Origin: Auanema rhodensis
Taxonomy: Eukaryota; Animalia; Nematoda
Length of the DNA stretch: 64,000 nucleotides
Direction: 5' to 3'
Assembly: GCA_964057225.1 (NCBI GenBank)
Contig: OZ059894.1
Span: forward strand, 16,802,001-16,866,000
Below, one piece after another: positions 49,059 through 63,036 of this stretch. The notes under the pieces are model-generated. The model searched no databases and had not been told where the DNA came from. It was given only the letters and a program-made list of their open reading frames with translations. Each line of letters begins with the position of its first letter. Positions within the stretch are counted from its first letter, which is position 1. The translations under genes were made by a program, and so were the position numbers.

Positions 49059-52000
49059 TTACATTCTTAATGAATGGATTGGCAAATGTTTCTTCCGGCG
49101 TACGCGCTTGTGTGGTTGTTCTTCTTGTTGTTGTATGAGAGTTTCTGGGGTTTGTTCTTCTTTATCGACGCTTTCAGCATCATATGGTGTGCCATAAATC
49201 AGCATAAATCTGAAACAAAAGATTTTGCAAAGATGATATGTAGGTTTACATACTTTCCGTCGATTTCAAGTTTGCAAACCAAGTCGCCGGCAAAATGTAC
49301 TGTTTGAGCAAAATCTCCTAGTGATACAACACTTTCAAAGGGATGGTCAAACATTTCTTCACTTTTAGACTGAATTAGATAGAGATATTTGTAAACATGG
49401 TAAACAAGGATAAATACCTGTATCATATTAGCAATTTTTCCAATATTGCACATATTGAATACAGGATCCTTTTTAACGTCTTGAACAACATCTTCAACTA
49501 AGTTATTTAACATCAAGTTACAACAAACATAACCTGAATGAAGTTAATATTAGAGATTATAATTGTTTTAATTTATTTACCGGAAGGATTGTGAAAACAT
49601 GTTGGAAGAGGTACTTCTAGTTTTGGAGGATAATAGAACTTTGATGCTTTACCATCACTATATGGTGTCTTTTTTCCTCTATCAATCTGAATTATTTGAT
49701 TTAATTCAATTAGTTAATACTTGAAAACAAACACGTGAACCAGATCCACCAACCAAAGGTTTTGTTCCATTTGAATCAGGACCATCATTCTCTTCGGAAT
49801 CATCCTCATTGGAAAACTAAACTCAATTTAAATTTTAGCTAAAAAAACAAATTATTCTTTTTTCACCTCTTCTTCGATTTCAACATCATTTTCTTCTAAT
49901 TCCTTCTTAGCATTTTCCGCCGATTCATCTTGTTCTTCCTCAGATCCGTTTTGAGTTTTTTTACTTTGAAGTTTTTTTCGATCAACTGTTGCATCTTTTA
50001 CATTTCCTTTTTTAACGTTCTGAGCGGATGTGCTGACTTTTTTTTTTGATTTTGCGTCGCTTGTTTTTTCTTCTTTCGGTTTTGATTTAGTTTTGGGCTT
50101 TTCCTTTTTTGTTTTTTGATTGGGCTCCTTTTCTTTTCTTTTTTCTTGCTTTTCTTCTTTCTTTGACAGCTTATCCGATTTCCTATCATGCTTCTTCTTT
50201 TTGCTCTTCTTTGATGAGTAAGAACTTATATCATTTTCATCCTCATTTTCGAATTCTTCTTCTTCGTTGTCGGCAATGATATCCTCAATATCTTCTTCTT
50301 CTTCTTCATTTTCATTTGAAAAAGTTTTCTCCTCATCTGAGTCAAAGTACTCATCAGCATCCTTTACTTTTCCCTTTTTGCTTAATTTGTGTTTCTTTTC
50401 TTTCTTCTTCTGAAACACATTATAAGAAAAATATGAATTAGTGACATACCGTCTTTTCCTTTTCTTTTTTCTTTTTTTTATCTTTTACTTCTTCCTTATT
50501 GCTTCCTTTTTTGCTATTTTTATCATTCTTCTTTTTCTCTTTCGTTTTCTTCTTAAGCTTGTCTTTTTTATTTTGTTTTGATTTTTTCTGTATTAATTCA
50601 AATAAAAATAAATAAATCAGAGTTTATTTACCTTGTTCTTTCCATGTTCATCTTCATCGTCTTCATCATCTTTCTCTTCGTCATCCTCATCCTCATGTTT
50701 ACCTTTTGTTTTTTTCTTTTTTTTCTTTCCCTTTTCTTCGCTATCTTTATCTTCATCAGAATTCTTCTCATCCTCATCGCTTTCTGTCTTTTTATGCTTT
50801 TTCTTGCCATCTTCGTCTTCATCTTCGTCATCGTCTTTTTCTTCGTCTTCGTCTTCATTCTCATCTTCATCTTCATCTTCATCATCGTCTTCATCTTCAT
50901 TTGATTCGTCGTCGTCCTCATCAGAGTCGTCATCATCTTCATTACTGTCGTCATCTTCTTCTGGTCGCTCCGAATATGTATTCGGACTTGGAATTACAGG
51001 ATAAGTGTCAGTGGGTACAGGAGGAGCAGGAGCATAAACTGCTTGATTGGGTTGAGGTGGTGGAGGTGGCGGCGGAGGTGGAGGTGGTGGAGGAACAGTG
51101 GGAGTCACAGGAGGAGCCGAATTATAATTTCCCGTATTTGTCAAACGGTACTTATCATTCACAGCGTTTCTCTGATCATTCTGTTCATCATATCTCTCAT
51201 TGTATTTCTGCTTCTTTTTTCTATTTTTTGGATTAGCTTGATCTCGAGCTATTTTACCTCTTTCAAGTTCTAACACCGTTTCAGCTGTTCCGCTATGCTC
51301 TGTTACTGTCTCTTCCACAAATCTCTGAAAGAAAAAACAATACTGGTTAAATAAGCTATAATTGATCTTACCGTATCAGTTTTACCAGCAAAATCAATTA
51401 TTCTTGGTGTGTCAGTACCAAACTGCGTTATTCGATCAAGTATCATTTTGGCTTTTGAGTTTGTCGGATCTGTTGCCGACGTATTGTTCGTTGATGGAGT
51501 AAACTGATGGAAACGATTTGATGGAGTAGCTGTGGTTCCTTTTGTTGTTGTAGTAGTTGTAGCAGTAGTTTGTCTTGTAGTAGTCGCGGTAGTTGCATGT
51601 CTAGTAGTTGTTCGCATCGTTGTTCGAACTGTTGGTTCAATTCCCGAAACACTAGCCCTCTGAGCAAAAGAAGATACAGGTATATTGGAATTAGGTAATG
51701 CTGACGGCCACATCATAGTCTTTAAAGGCGCTGGTGGAACTTGTGGGTTTCTAGGAGGAGTTGGAGCTGAAGAACGAGTGGAAGCACTAGGTTGAGTGCT
51801 GGTTATTGGTTTTAGAGAAGGTAATACGGTTTTAGTCGTAGGATGAACTACCTGTACACAAGAAACATGTTGTTACATATATAAATTGAAAGAAAAAAAC
51901 CTGTGGAGGTCGTTGTAATTCACGATTTACTGGTTTCTTTTCATTGCTAACATCCTTTAATTGTTATGAACTAATTTAGCTCAAACTAATGTTTAAACGT

Positions 52001-52628
52001 ACCCCTATAGTAGCTAAAGCTGGGAATGTTTCAAACTCATCTCCTATAATTGCTCTTTCGAAAGAATCTATAGGATCCAGATGATATTGCTAAAAAGGTA
52101 AATTGGTATTAAGGATCATCTTTCAAACTTTAACCGACCAATGTTTTAGAACCTCGAGTAATAGGTCGTTTACGCTTGAGTTCACTATCAACTACACGCT
52201 TCAATTAAAATTTTTTATATATTTTTAATACTTTTTAGAAAATACCGATCGTGTACTTCGTGTAGTAGCTTCGGTTTCTTCACTTGTCGGCTCAAGAGTG
52301 TAATGTATTTTTGCTTCAGATGTCTGCTTACGACGTAGATCAAACCCATTCAGCAGATATTGCATCTGAAACATGAACAGTTTGTCGAGTTCGAATTGAT
52401 GAAAAGACATGGAGTAAAGACCATGGGTTGTACGTTGACTCCTCTGATTTGGAATTTTTCATCCTTCACCCGCAGACAGGAGCCATGCACTTTTCCTACA
52501 AGAAAATTATAAAAAGAATATCAGAAGGTTGTGAGAGAAAAACGGAAAACTAAATGTTTACCTGGTTCACAGACACATTCTATCCCCACTAAGGACGTGG
52601 ATAGTATTAAAAGTGTATAGAGAAGCAT
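49059..52628 (-). CDS. Ground-like (GRL, hedgehog-related) secreted protein with long Thr/Pro-rich, acidic and Lys/Glu-rich regions
   Basis: Signal peptide MLLYTLLILSTSLVGIEC; C-terminal PLPTCFHNPSGYVCCNLMLNNL...CNIGKIANMIQSKSEEMFDHPFESVVSLGDFAQTVHFAGDLVCKLEIDGKFMLIYGTP fits the ground-like domain pattern. Confidence 0.85.
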
Positions 52629-53428
52629 TCAAACAAGTGTATTTTTGAGAAAATTTTTCTTTAATATGTTTCGATATATAGAATAACAATAAATTTATTG
52701 AAAATAGTTACTTACCTAGAAGATTTATTCAAGGGAAGTCAAATAAAGAAAATATAACAAAGAATAACGTCCGAGTAGCGAAGTAAAGCTCTTTCGAATG
52801 AAGTGAAAGAGATATAATTGATGATAAATCTTGTCAATTCTGACCTATCCACTTTCAAACTGGTTACTCTATGAAGTATCTCACTTCATTAGCGAGATTA
52901 ATCATAGTTTTGAATTTCGAACGAGCGACACGGATGATGTGTTGATAGGATATGGATCACGATGATCATGTTGTGGTGATCATATCAATGCCTATAGAAG
53001 AGTTCTTGTTTTCTTGTTCCTGCCTCTCCGAGTCATCTTGTGAATGGCCTTAATCGAAGACAATCATCCATCCGTGATTACTAAACCTGTGTATACACAG
53101 TACTTTCACTGTCTATCTGTAAGATTAAGCCAAGCCTTAGATAACTGGTAAAGGTGTTTTCACATATCTCATTAGTCTTATTCGATCTTGTAGTGCCGGA
53201 TTAAAAAATTGGTGAAAGCGCTAAATCCTAGATATTTGCAATCGTTATCTTCAATTGGAGTTGGACAGTATTAAACAGTTTTTTCGTATTTTCTATTAAA
53301 CAGGATTTTTCACGGATGTTGTAATATTTTTGAGCATTTTGTAATTTTCCTGAGTTTATTCAATGATAATGAAATTTTTATTACAATTCTAGGCGAGAAA
53401 TATTTTCATACAGGCACATTATGAAAAA

Positions 53429-55568
53429 TTAAATTTCTTTTTGTGAAAGTGGTGTGTAATCATTGATTTCTACACGATCAATCTTGGTTACAATCTGAAA
53501 TATTATAATTTTAATTCAAAAGATAAATTTTCAAAACATACTCTAGTAATGAAATCATAGTCTCCTGGAGTCTCGAAGTAATCACCATCAGCATAGAGCT
53601 CAGTGTCACGAACTTGGTTCCAGATTTTCAATCTGAGGATGAAGCCTGCAAACGGATTGTATTATATGATTTTCTATCATAATTTTATACCAGTGATTAT
53701 TCCAGAGACGATAGCTCCAACCAAGACAAGTCCAAGACCGATGAGCTGATGAAGAGCTTGAGTATTGACATCAAATCCGTTCTCGTTGGTGCTGCTCTTA
53801 AGTCCGGGGTAGATGGTGTTCAAGCTGGAAAAAATAAAAGATTTTAAGATCTCAAAACAAACAGAAATACCTAGATCCGTAAGCAGATGGATCATAGTAT
53901 AAAACAAAGACAACGGAGAAAAGACCAGCAAGGACTCCTGGCATACCGTGAAGGTTATGAACTCCGCAAGTATCATGGAATCCCATCTTGTTAAGAGCAG
54001 GCTTAAATAGAAATTGAATGACTCTTTTTGTTCATATTTAAGATCTTACAGTCAAGTATCTGTATCCCAAAACAGAGATAGCTCCGGCGATTACTCCGAC
54101 AATCATGGCGTGAAGTGGGGTGAGAACAACATTGGCAGTGGTTCCAATGGCAACTCCTCCAGCAAGGGTTGAGTTAGCGATGTGGACCATGTCGAATTTC
54201 TTCTGTAGTCACGGTTGGTTAAGAACAAAATAGATGAATTGATTTCTTACGTGATGCTCAGTAGCTTGAGAGACAATGAAGGTAGTAATGGTGCAAGCTA
54301 CCAAAGAAAGGAAGGTATTAGCAACGGCTCTTTGGCGAGCATCGGCAGGCTCAGCAACAGCAGCATTGAAGGATGGCCAGAAGACCCAGAGGAAGATAGC
54401 TCCTGAGGATTTAATTATTTTCTGATTTTAGGTTAGATATTACCGATCATAGCAAAGATATCAGTGTGATAGATGGAACCTTCATTTTCGCTTTCTTGTT
54501 GAGACTTCTTGGCGAAAGTTCTTGAGCAGGCAAGTCCGAAGTAGGCTCCGAAAGCGTGAACAATGATAGATCCTCCGACATCATTAACCTGTATTGCGTT
54601 ATATTGAAAGAGAAGAGACCAAGATAGTTCTTACATGGAAACTGTGAACAACGTGATGTTCGATGAAAAGGGCAACAGGGGTTTCGATAAGAGACATGAG
54701 AAGGTATTGAACTGGGGAAAGTTTTCCCAACATGGCTCCCATTGAGATCAAGACAACAGCAGCAGCAAAATCGGCGGTGAGGAGCCTTCAAATAGCATGA
54801 TTCAAATTAGAAAATAAAATTTAGTATATCGTACTGCTCGAGACCAATAGTGAACTTTCCGTGGTGTTGGAAATCGTGGCTCATGAATCCACGAACAAGC
54901 ATACCCCACTCAATAGTGAAGCAAGCAAGAAGAAGATTGATAGAGACCGCAGAGAATCCATATCTCTGAAGCATATACTCATATTGTTTTATTCTTATTT
55001 TTAGGTTTATTCATATTTTATTTATTGCGTTCTTAACTCACCTTAAGGAAAGTCATAAGGAATCCGAAACCAATGAAGATCATAACGTGAACATCTTGGA
55101 AAACTATAACAAAAGGTAAATTAACTATGTCTCTATACTATATATAAATATAAATATATATTTCTATTTTTTTATTTAAGATTTCATTTCATGAAGGCTA
55201 TGTTGTTGTTGATAAGTTGAAATTATTCTTAGAATATTAAGTTCCACGTAAAAGTTTGATTACGTGAACTTGTGTATACTACTATACCATTTCTAATTTA
55301 TTGCTGTCGAATGAGTGGTTGCATGTGTTTTAGAATTTTTTTAAGATACGGAATTGTTGCTCACGTGGATATTGACTTGTAGTCTTTGGTTGGTCTTCTG
55401 GTCCGTTTGGCATAGTATTCTCATCATATTTGGCAAAAAGGCCGAATAAGACCATAAAAATGGCCTGAAGCAGACAGTAACTGATAAATTAATTTATGAT
55501 TTTTTGTAACTAACCTGGAAGAGAACCACTAAGATGGTAAACTGATTTTTCTGGAAGGCTGATGCCAT
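53429..55568 (-). CDS. rhr-1: Rhesus-family ammonia/ammonium transporter
   Basis: [86 protein letters not shown]; C-terminus [15 protein letters not shown]...PLSQKEI* closely follows C. elegans RHR-1 as I recall it. Confidence 0.96.
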
Positions 55569-58544
55569 CCTGATGTCCCTGAAATACTAGAAAATGAAAA
55601 ACTTATTGGCAATAAAACATCTTTAATGGTAAAAGGAATGCAGTTGAGTATGGAGAAAAATTGAAATATTGACAGTTCCAAAGCACCAACTCTCATGTAG
55701 CACTTTATACTTATGATAGTATCTCCTCAAAAGGTTGAAAAGAAAAACCAGGCAACCGGTTCGGTCACTATGTACTAAATGTACGAATTGGAGGATCGCC
55801 AAACACTACCACGCAAAACCAAAAGAAGCAATGAAAAGATTGTTGTAATAGAATTGTCATCTGAATTCTTTTTTTATAAAAATGGTAACATAGTAGACCA
55901 TACTAAAGGAGTGATAGATTGAGAAAAGAAGAAGAGAAGACGAAAACTGAAGGCTGGCACGCACGTTTTGTGCCGTCAGTTTATGCAGGTCATTGCGGGC
56001 TGTCATGTATTAAGATTGAAATGATAGAGTAAAAAAATTGAAGAAAATGTAGTGTGAGAAGAGAGTGAGAAAGAAAGTCAAAGAAGAGAGTAATCAGGAG
56101 AAAGAAGAAAATTTTTGAAAACCAAGAACACTAAATGTTCAGCTTCATCTTTGTTTTTTTTTTCTTCTCTTTCTGAATTTTTCTTATCAGTAACTTTCAA
56201 ACAATAAAAAATATGAATTATCGCACGCGAAAAATATTCTCTACATCTTTACTGTATTTGTTACATTTCTATCAGAATTAGGAACAGCCTTGAAAGATTT
56301 GAAGACAAATTTTAATTGTCAAAACAACAGGGAGTATACCGTGAAAAAGTTTGTAAACGTCAAACTGAATCTCCGAATTTTAGTTTTGATGAGTTTAATT
56401 GGATAGTATCTTGACGGTAGCTCATAAAAAAGTAATTTGAACTAATATAAAACTGATGATGGCAAAGAAGAAATGATTTTGGAAGGCAGTTAGACCGTAT
56501 CAGAAACTTGAGCTGCAATAGAGGTCTTATCAGGCCTCAGCCGTTAGAACTCTCGGATTAATAACTGATTGTTTGCTTTGTCGGCTTTTAAACTACAGTG
56601 ATTAGCCAACTGATTATTTTCTGCTGAGTTATTCAACTTTTTAATTTATTTAGTTTCAATTGAAACTAATTGAATATATTGAACCAGACGAATATGTATA
56701 TGGGGGCAGTTCAAACAGAGGCATTGAAATACAACTTAAGTATATAAATTCAAAATAACTTTTTTTTATTCCAGAAAAAAAACTATATAGTTTAGGTTCA
56801 GATAAGAGGAAATGTGAAGATTACAAAGAAATTTGATGTTAATTGATAGCTTAATATGGCTATCAGAACAATTGTTCAAAAGTTCAAATAGCGTATAAAA
56901 CGAATTGTTGTTGCAAAGATATGAAACAAACACTTAAAAAGAATAGAAATCATGAATGAAATCGGTTTAAATCAGTAGCTTAACAATTTAAATTTACATA
57001 CTATACAACAATCTGATCTATCACTTATGGAAAAAGGAAAACTTTGAATGTTTCATAGATACGATAAACCAGTATGTTTCAAATAGATATGATTTGAAGG
57101 ACAATAAAATATTTTGTCATTCTAATCTTTTCAAGATTGAAAATGAACTGTCTTTTTACTTCAAAAGAAAAAAAATGTCAATCTCTTCTCTCATCACAAT
57201 CTTGTTCTCTCATCTCATTCTAAGAAACATCTCTTGAAGTACTGCAACAAAATCTCTTCTTGAAAACTGCTGATTTATGATGATGACAGCCACATCAATA
57301 TCAAAAAAACTGTTTAAGTTGGGTAATTAAATGTTGAAGAATTATATGAATATGTGTGAAAATGATTAAAAAATTTGCAGGAAAAAAAAACAGAAGTGTT
57401 TCAAGAATAGCATCACGGAATTTTGTTGAACTTATTTACTTTTATCTTCACTTTTTTCTTTTTTTCAAAGATTCTCCAAACACAGTAACATCTGTTGCAT
57501 TTGAAGATCAGAAGTTTTTGTATGAGATGATGAGAATAAAAGATCTCCATTGTCTTTATTTCCATTATCTAAAACATTTTCTTCTGATTGTATACAGAGA
57601 AAAGAAAAATTCAGATTAAAGAAAATGACCAAGAAACTAATCCAGAAATTAAGAGAAGGTCCCTTTTAATATTAATTTGAGATATTATATAAATATATAA
57701 TATATATATTTATATATTTATATATAATAAGAGTTAAAAATTATAAAACGGCTAAAAGTTTAACATCTCTACTGTTATACGGTGTAATATTAACATTTTT
57801 TTATAAAACAGTGGTTGGCGTTCGAATTATTTCCATAAATCTTTTGATTGAAGCAGAAAAAAAAGATAGACTAGGTTGATACTCTTCTTATCCTCTCATA
57901 CTCTCTCTCTCTCCCATTCCCAATTTCCGATTTCTCTGAATTGCAAATGAATCCTTATATTATCTCTCATCATTCTTTTGTTGTCAAAATTTAAAACATT
58001 GCAACGTAGATCATGATCAAACGATGAAAAGTATAATTAGCCAAAAATCACTTAATGTATCAATTCAAGACAGAAAAAAGTTAAATTTGATGCGGCATGA
58101 TGGTTGAAGACATGGTGCGAGTATGATAACAAGAACAAAGATTTTCTTTACAAGAAATAGTTTTAGAAATTCTATGGCATATTTGCCTTACGATTGCCTA
58201 TAGACCAGAGGTGTCAACAATACATAAAGATTTTCCTATTGTTGCTCACTTTTTACGATATTGTATTCAATGTAGAGGCAGGTAAATATTGTCGAAAAGA
58301 CATCTTCTTGAGAAGAAGAAGTTGAAAAGCTGAGATCATGCAAGGGCCACTAACGTTTAAAAAAAATTTTTTTTTTAAATATGTACAACTGATACGCATA
58401 CAATTGGCAACACCCACATCACAGAAGTTTTGAAAATACATTTCTTTGTGTTCAACCTCCTCCTACATCATCATGTCCACTCTTGTGGAAAATATAACCA
58501 AAGAGTTCGATATGACTTTTTTTTAAAAATTATTCAACCCTTAC

Positions 58545-58778
58545 GGTGTTGGTGTATATTTTTGAATACTTTTCTGCATTTCAAAGTTTTCAGTTCCATC
58601 TCTGATGAAAAAACCATTTTTGTCTGTAATTTAGCAGATGGGAGTTTGTTTGTTTGAACTTTAAACGCTTACTTGTAAGTGGATTCTGTTTTTGACGTAG
58701 TTCGGATTGCTCATCTTTTGCATTTAAATGAATTTCAATCCGATGATCACGTGTACTGAAGGAAGATGTGTCAGCCAT
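58545..58778 (-). CDS. Two putative upstream coding exons (58778-58673, 58623-58545) giving a long rhr-1 isoform
   Basis: TTTCAG 15 nt before the ATG, GTAAGC and GTAAGG donors, 49-nt intron; 185 nt plus the 10 nt after the 55579 acceptor equals 65 codons in frame with ATG 55568. Confidence 0.55.
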
Positions 58779-60439
58779 TTATTAGAATTATTCCTGAAAT
58801 TGTATATTCAAAATTAAAATAACAAACGAAATTAATCAAATTTTCATATAAATAGTAAAAGTGAAACAATTAAGAGACTAAAAGATATGTTTTAAGATTG
58901 TACTACAATGTCAATTTACATTCCAAATAATTTCGATTCCGAATATTATTTTTTGTTGATATCCTTAATTCTCAAGAAATACAGTAATCTGTGTGAGAAT
59001 ATAGTGTTAATATTTTCAATTCAAAAAAATTAATGTATGGAATACATTCATTTTAATATTCATTTATAGTTTAAATAAAATATTAACGGGAAAAAACAAT
59101 AAAAGAAAGTTCAACTACATAAAGATTAATGTTCTGAAGTAATGAGGAGGAGACACAATGATCAGTTTGATCAGAGTAAAATGATTAAAAAAACATTTTA
59201 TGAAGATGATATAGTGAATTAAAAGCAAATGAACATTTATTTACTTTCTAAACATTTTCAGTAATTGCAGCATTTTAAAATTTGAAAATGTTCAGACGAA
59301 GATCTTTAAATATACTTGCATATTATCCGGAAAACCAATGAGAAATCAAGGTTAAATATTGGTACTCAAGACCAATTTGTATATTACTGGTGAGTAATAT
59401 AGTGTTGTGGAACCAAACAGGGCCAAAAGTATATTTCTTGCAAAATTTTTGACTTTTTTTTGGGAAGATTAAAACGTAAAAACCTACTCTAAGTATAATC
59501 TAAGACTGAATGCTTACCAGAACCTGGGAAACATACAATTGGGCTTAAAATGTTTTTAAAATAAAAAAAAAGCATTCTAAGAGATAAAGCCGGTAAAGTG
59601 AAACGTTTTTGCCATTCTTGGCAGTTTCTGAAACTCCAAGTTAAGTTGTTATTCAAAATCTGTCAAGCAGTTCATGCTTGAACCAGCAATTATATGTCTC
59701 AACAATTTGCACAAGGAATAATGGAAGCTAACACGAAAAAAATATTAAAAAAATCCAAAATTAAGGGCAAAGGACGAGAAAGAAAGAGAAATGAATTTCA
59801 ATACAGCAATTTTCACGCCATCATTCTATCTTAATTGTCGTATCTTTTTTTCCCTTTTTGTAACTACCTATGATGGTCACGTTCCATTCTCGTTGGTCTA
59901 TTTTGATCTTTTGGCATCTTTTTTTCTACAATGAATGGTCTACTTTTACTTCTATTGTGTGAATTTGGAAAATTCGTATATGATGTTCTTCATCAATATA
60001 TATTGAGTATATTAAAACTCTATCTTTATATACTTATTTCGTTAGTTTTCATGCTGCAGTTGTTCTCAAGTACATGCCATTATTGCCTGTTCTGAGTCGG
60101 AAATCGTTTTCTTATGCTGTTTCAAAGATTATATGAAAGTAATGAACAAAAATTACAGGAAGCTTTTTATAACAAAGAACATTTTAATTTATAATTATAT
60201 TTACATCTTTGTTTTCGATAACTATTGGCATATGCATTAAGAAATATTTGAAACATTAGATTTTATGCTTCTATAACAATCAAAGCATTCCAATTATGGC
60301 AGAAGCGAAAAACAGTATTAATAATAATAATAATATATATATATAGTAGTTATATACATATATGAATCATTAGTTTTCCTTGATATTTTCTTTATATGGC
60401 TATGTACATGCTGACTTTATAGCTTGGCTGTTTCAAAGA

Positions 60440-62630
60440 TTACCAATCGCCTCCTCCAAAATCATCTCCACCGCCAAAATCGCCACCGTAATCTCCACCA
60501 TCATAATCACCACCGCCACCGAAATAGTCATTGCCTCCGTCATATCCTTGACCATAATCTCCGGAATCATATCCTCCTCCGTAAGCATCATAGCCTAAAC
60601 AAAATAATTTATTTTCTAGTTTATGTTTATCTCATTCAAACAACATTTTTTCGCACAAAAAAACGTCATAGATAGGTAACACATATACACCCACACACAT
60701 ACGATTCTTCGTATTAACAAAGATCGAATAGTAAAGAACATGCAATCACAATCACATCATTTTAAAAACTTTACCATTAGCATCGCCAACTGGCTCGCCT
60801 TCGTAATCTTCATACCCTTCGTAATCTTCTAAAGTTTAGGAGTCAAATAAGTTTTCTTACGACAAAAAAATATTTTTTTTAACAGAAGAAAAAGATGGAG
60901 CTTACCCGTAGCTCGATCGTTCACATTATTATCGTCATACGCATTGTAACGTTCATTTGAACTATCCTGAAAAACAAATAGAGTTAACATGTCGTCAAGC
61001 AAAAAATAATTCGAAGAACAATCACACTTGGAATTCTCGATTCAAAAATGAATGAAATGTAGCTTTGACATAAAATTCGCAACGGGATCAACTTTTTTAT
61101 TTTAATAAAACATCACTTACTAAGGCTTGGTGATTATTATCAGTAGACTCTTGATGTTCTACTGCAGGTGGTGTTGTATGAGTTGTATCCTGGTTAGTAC
61201 CTTGATGTTCATCAGCTGTTGTATGAGTTGTATCTTGATTAGTACTATCTTGATTATTATGCTGACTGCCATTATTAGAATTATCTGGTCCATTATTATA
61301 ATAATAATTATTTGTGGTATTGTTGGTGTCATTATCCTGTAATATTCTATTGAATTAATCCTTTTTACTGTATGATACCGAATAGTAACCTCCGCCGCCA
61401 TATCCACCTCCATATCCACCTCCATATCCACCGCCGAATCCTCCTCCGCCTAATATACTGCTGTGACCTCCCCACATGGATCCCATTCCGTATCCCAGAA
61501 GTGAACCGGCCAATAAACCTGTACCAAATCCGGGACCACTGCTGCCGCCACCACCACCAAAACCAGACAATCCACCGCCGCCACCGCCTATAATAGAGAA
61601 ATAAGATGCTTAATTTTTATTCCTAGACTACCGCCGCGGTCGCCAACGATAACAGTTGTATGTGGAGTTGGTCCTTGATATCCACCCTGATATCCACCTT
61701 GATATCCTCCCTGGTACCCTCCATTGTATCCACCATTGTAGCTAGCACCACCTCCACTTCCTTGATATCCACCATATCCATTAGGATAATTTTGTGGCTG
61801 GGGAGGAGGACGTGGATAGGACGGCTGAGGCTGAGGTGGACCACCACCAGCCGGTCCGCTTGGGTATGGCGGAGGCCCTTGCCCGGGCCCAGGAGCAGGG
61901 ATAGGATTTGGAGTTGATTGTCCATCATCTTTAGCTGGAGGAACTAAAATATCCAAAATTTCAAATAATATGTGATTCTTTACCGAAATTATCCGAGGGT
62001 GCACTTGGTTGTTGAGGTGGGGGATTCGGTTGTGGTAAAGTTTTTGTTATTTCCGAAAACCAAGATCGAAAAAAAAAACTCATCAAATAAAAGAAAATGG
62101 TATGAAACTTACTCAATATCGGAATCTGATGAAAATAAGATCCAATAAACAGTTTCTGCTCTTGGATCAGTACCTATGCCAACCAAATGATGAACAGAGG
62201 AACCATGTGGTAAACTAGGTCGTTTAACTAGAAAATAACTACATTATCACAGAATGGCTGATAAAAAAATAAATAATTTGTATTTAATGTATATTACCTG
62301 GCATCCTATCGGTCATTAGTCCAACACAAATGTAAGGTACAACATCCTTTAGTAAAACTGATCCCTTGGGTTTACTACTACCCTAAGAATAAAAACTCAT
62401 TAGGAATATTATAATCAAACTAATTTTATTCTCATGAGAGAATTCAAAGAAATAGAAAATAAATTTTAAAAAAAATATATATATAATAAAATTCTTACCT
62501 TTTCATCATACCAACAGAAGCGACTGTCAGAAAAAAGAACACCATGATATTTTTTCCATTTACTTGTTAGTCCAAGAAATCCACTCGTATATTTTAAAAT
62601 TTCTCCTTCTTTCAATTTTCGAATATCCAT
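60440..62630 (-). CDS. Evectin/PLEKHB-like PH-domain protein with PPPY motif, Gly-zipper hydrophobic segment and Gly/Asp/Tyr-rich tail
   Basis: Spliced N-terminus MDIRKLKEGEILKYTSGFLGLTSKWKKYHGVLFSDSRFCWYDEK...SDIESWFSEI (PH fold pattern), GPPPYP, TTVIVGDR, GFGTGLLAGSLLGYGMGSMWG, end GDFGGGDDFGGGDW*. Confidence 0.85.
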
Positions 62631-62960
62631 TGCTGAAAAGAATTCATAATAATAATAATGAAATTTTGATAAAGAACTATTCTGAATTGGATGATATAAA
62701 CTAACATATTCTACGATACAATCATTATTGTGAAACTACTAACATTCAATAACTTCATGATATATCGCATCGAAAATATAATTTTATATTGCAAAACAAA
62801 AAAATTTGCATTTGATTTCGATTCAAAACTAGAAAAACGATGGGATTTTTCATGGTACATAAAGCAATAAATATGAACTATAACATTTGATAAAAAAATT
62901 TAAAAACACAAAACTTGAAAACAAAGTTCAATACTGAAAGCCAACCCATTTAGAACAGAA

Positions 62961-63036
62961 GTGAAGCTGAGGTATTTCATTATCAAAAATTAAATAGTTT
63001 CCGTTTTATCATATAGAATAATAACCTCAGCTTCAC
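62961..63036. repeat. 13-bp perfect inverted repeat with a 50-bp AT-rich spacer
   Basis: GTGAAGCTGAGGT (62961-62973) and ACCTCAGCTTCAC (63024-63036). Confidence 0.8.

Noticed and set aside
52945-52995. Imperfect hairpin GATATGGATCAC...GTGATCATATC
   Set aside because: Stem too short and bulged for a miRNA precursor; no other ncRNA hallmarks.
57319-57331. 13-nt match to the SL1 leader (TTTAATTACCCAA) on the minus strand
   Set aside because: Lacks the leading GG, the GTTTGAG|GT donor and an Sm site; a short AT-rich match is plausible by chance.
62968-62990. TGAGGTA in a hairpin arm, reminiscent of a let-7 family seed
   Set aside because: Position 8 is T rather than G and pairing beyond the 13-bp arms is poor; not a credible pre-miRNA.
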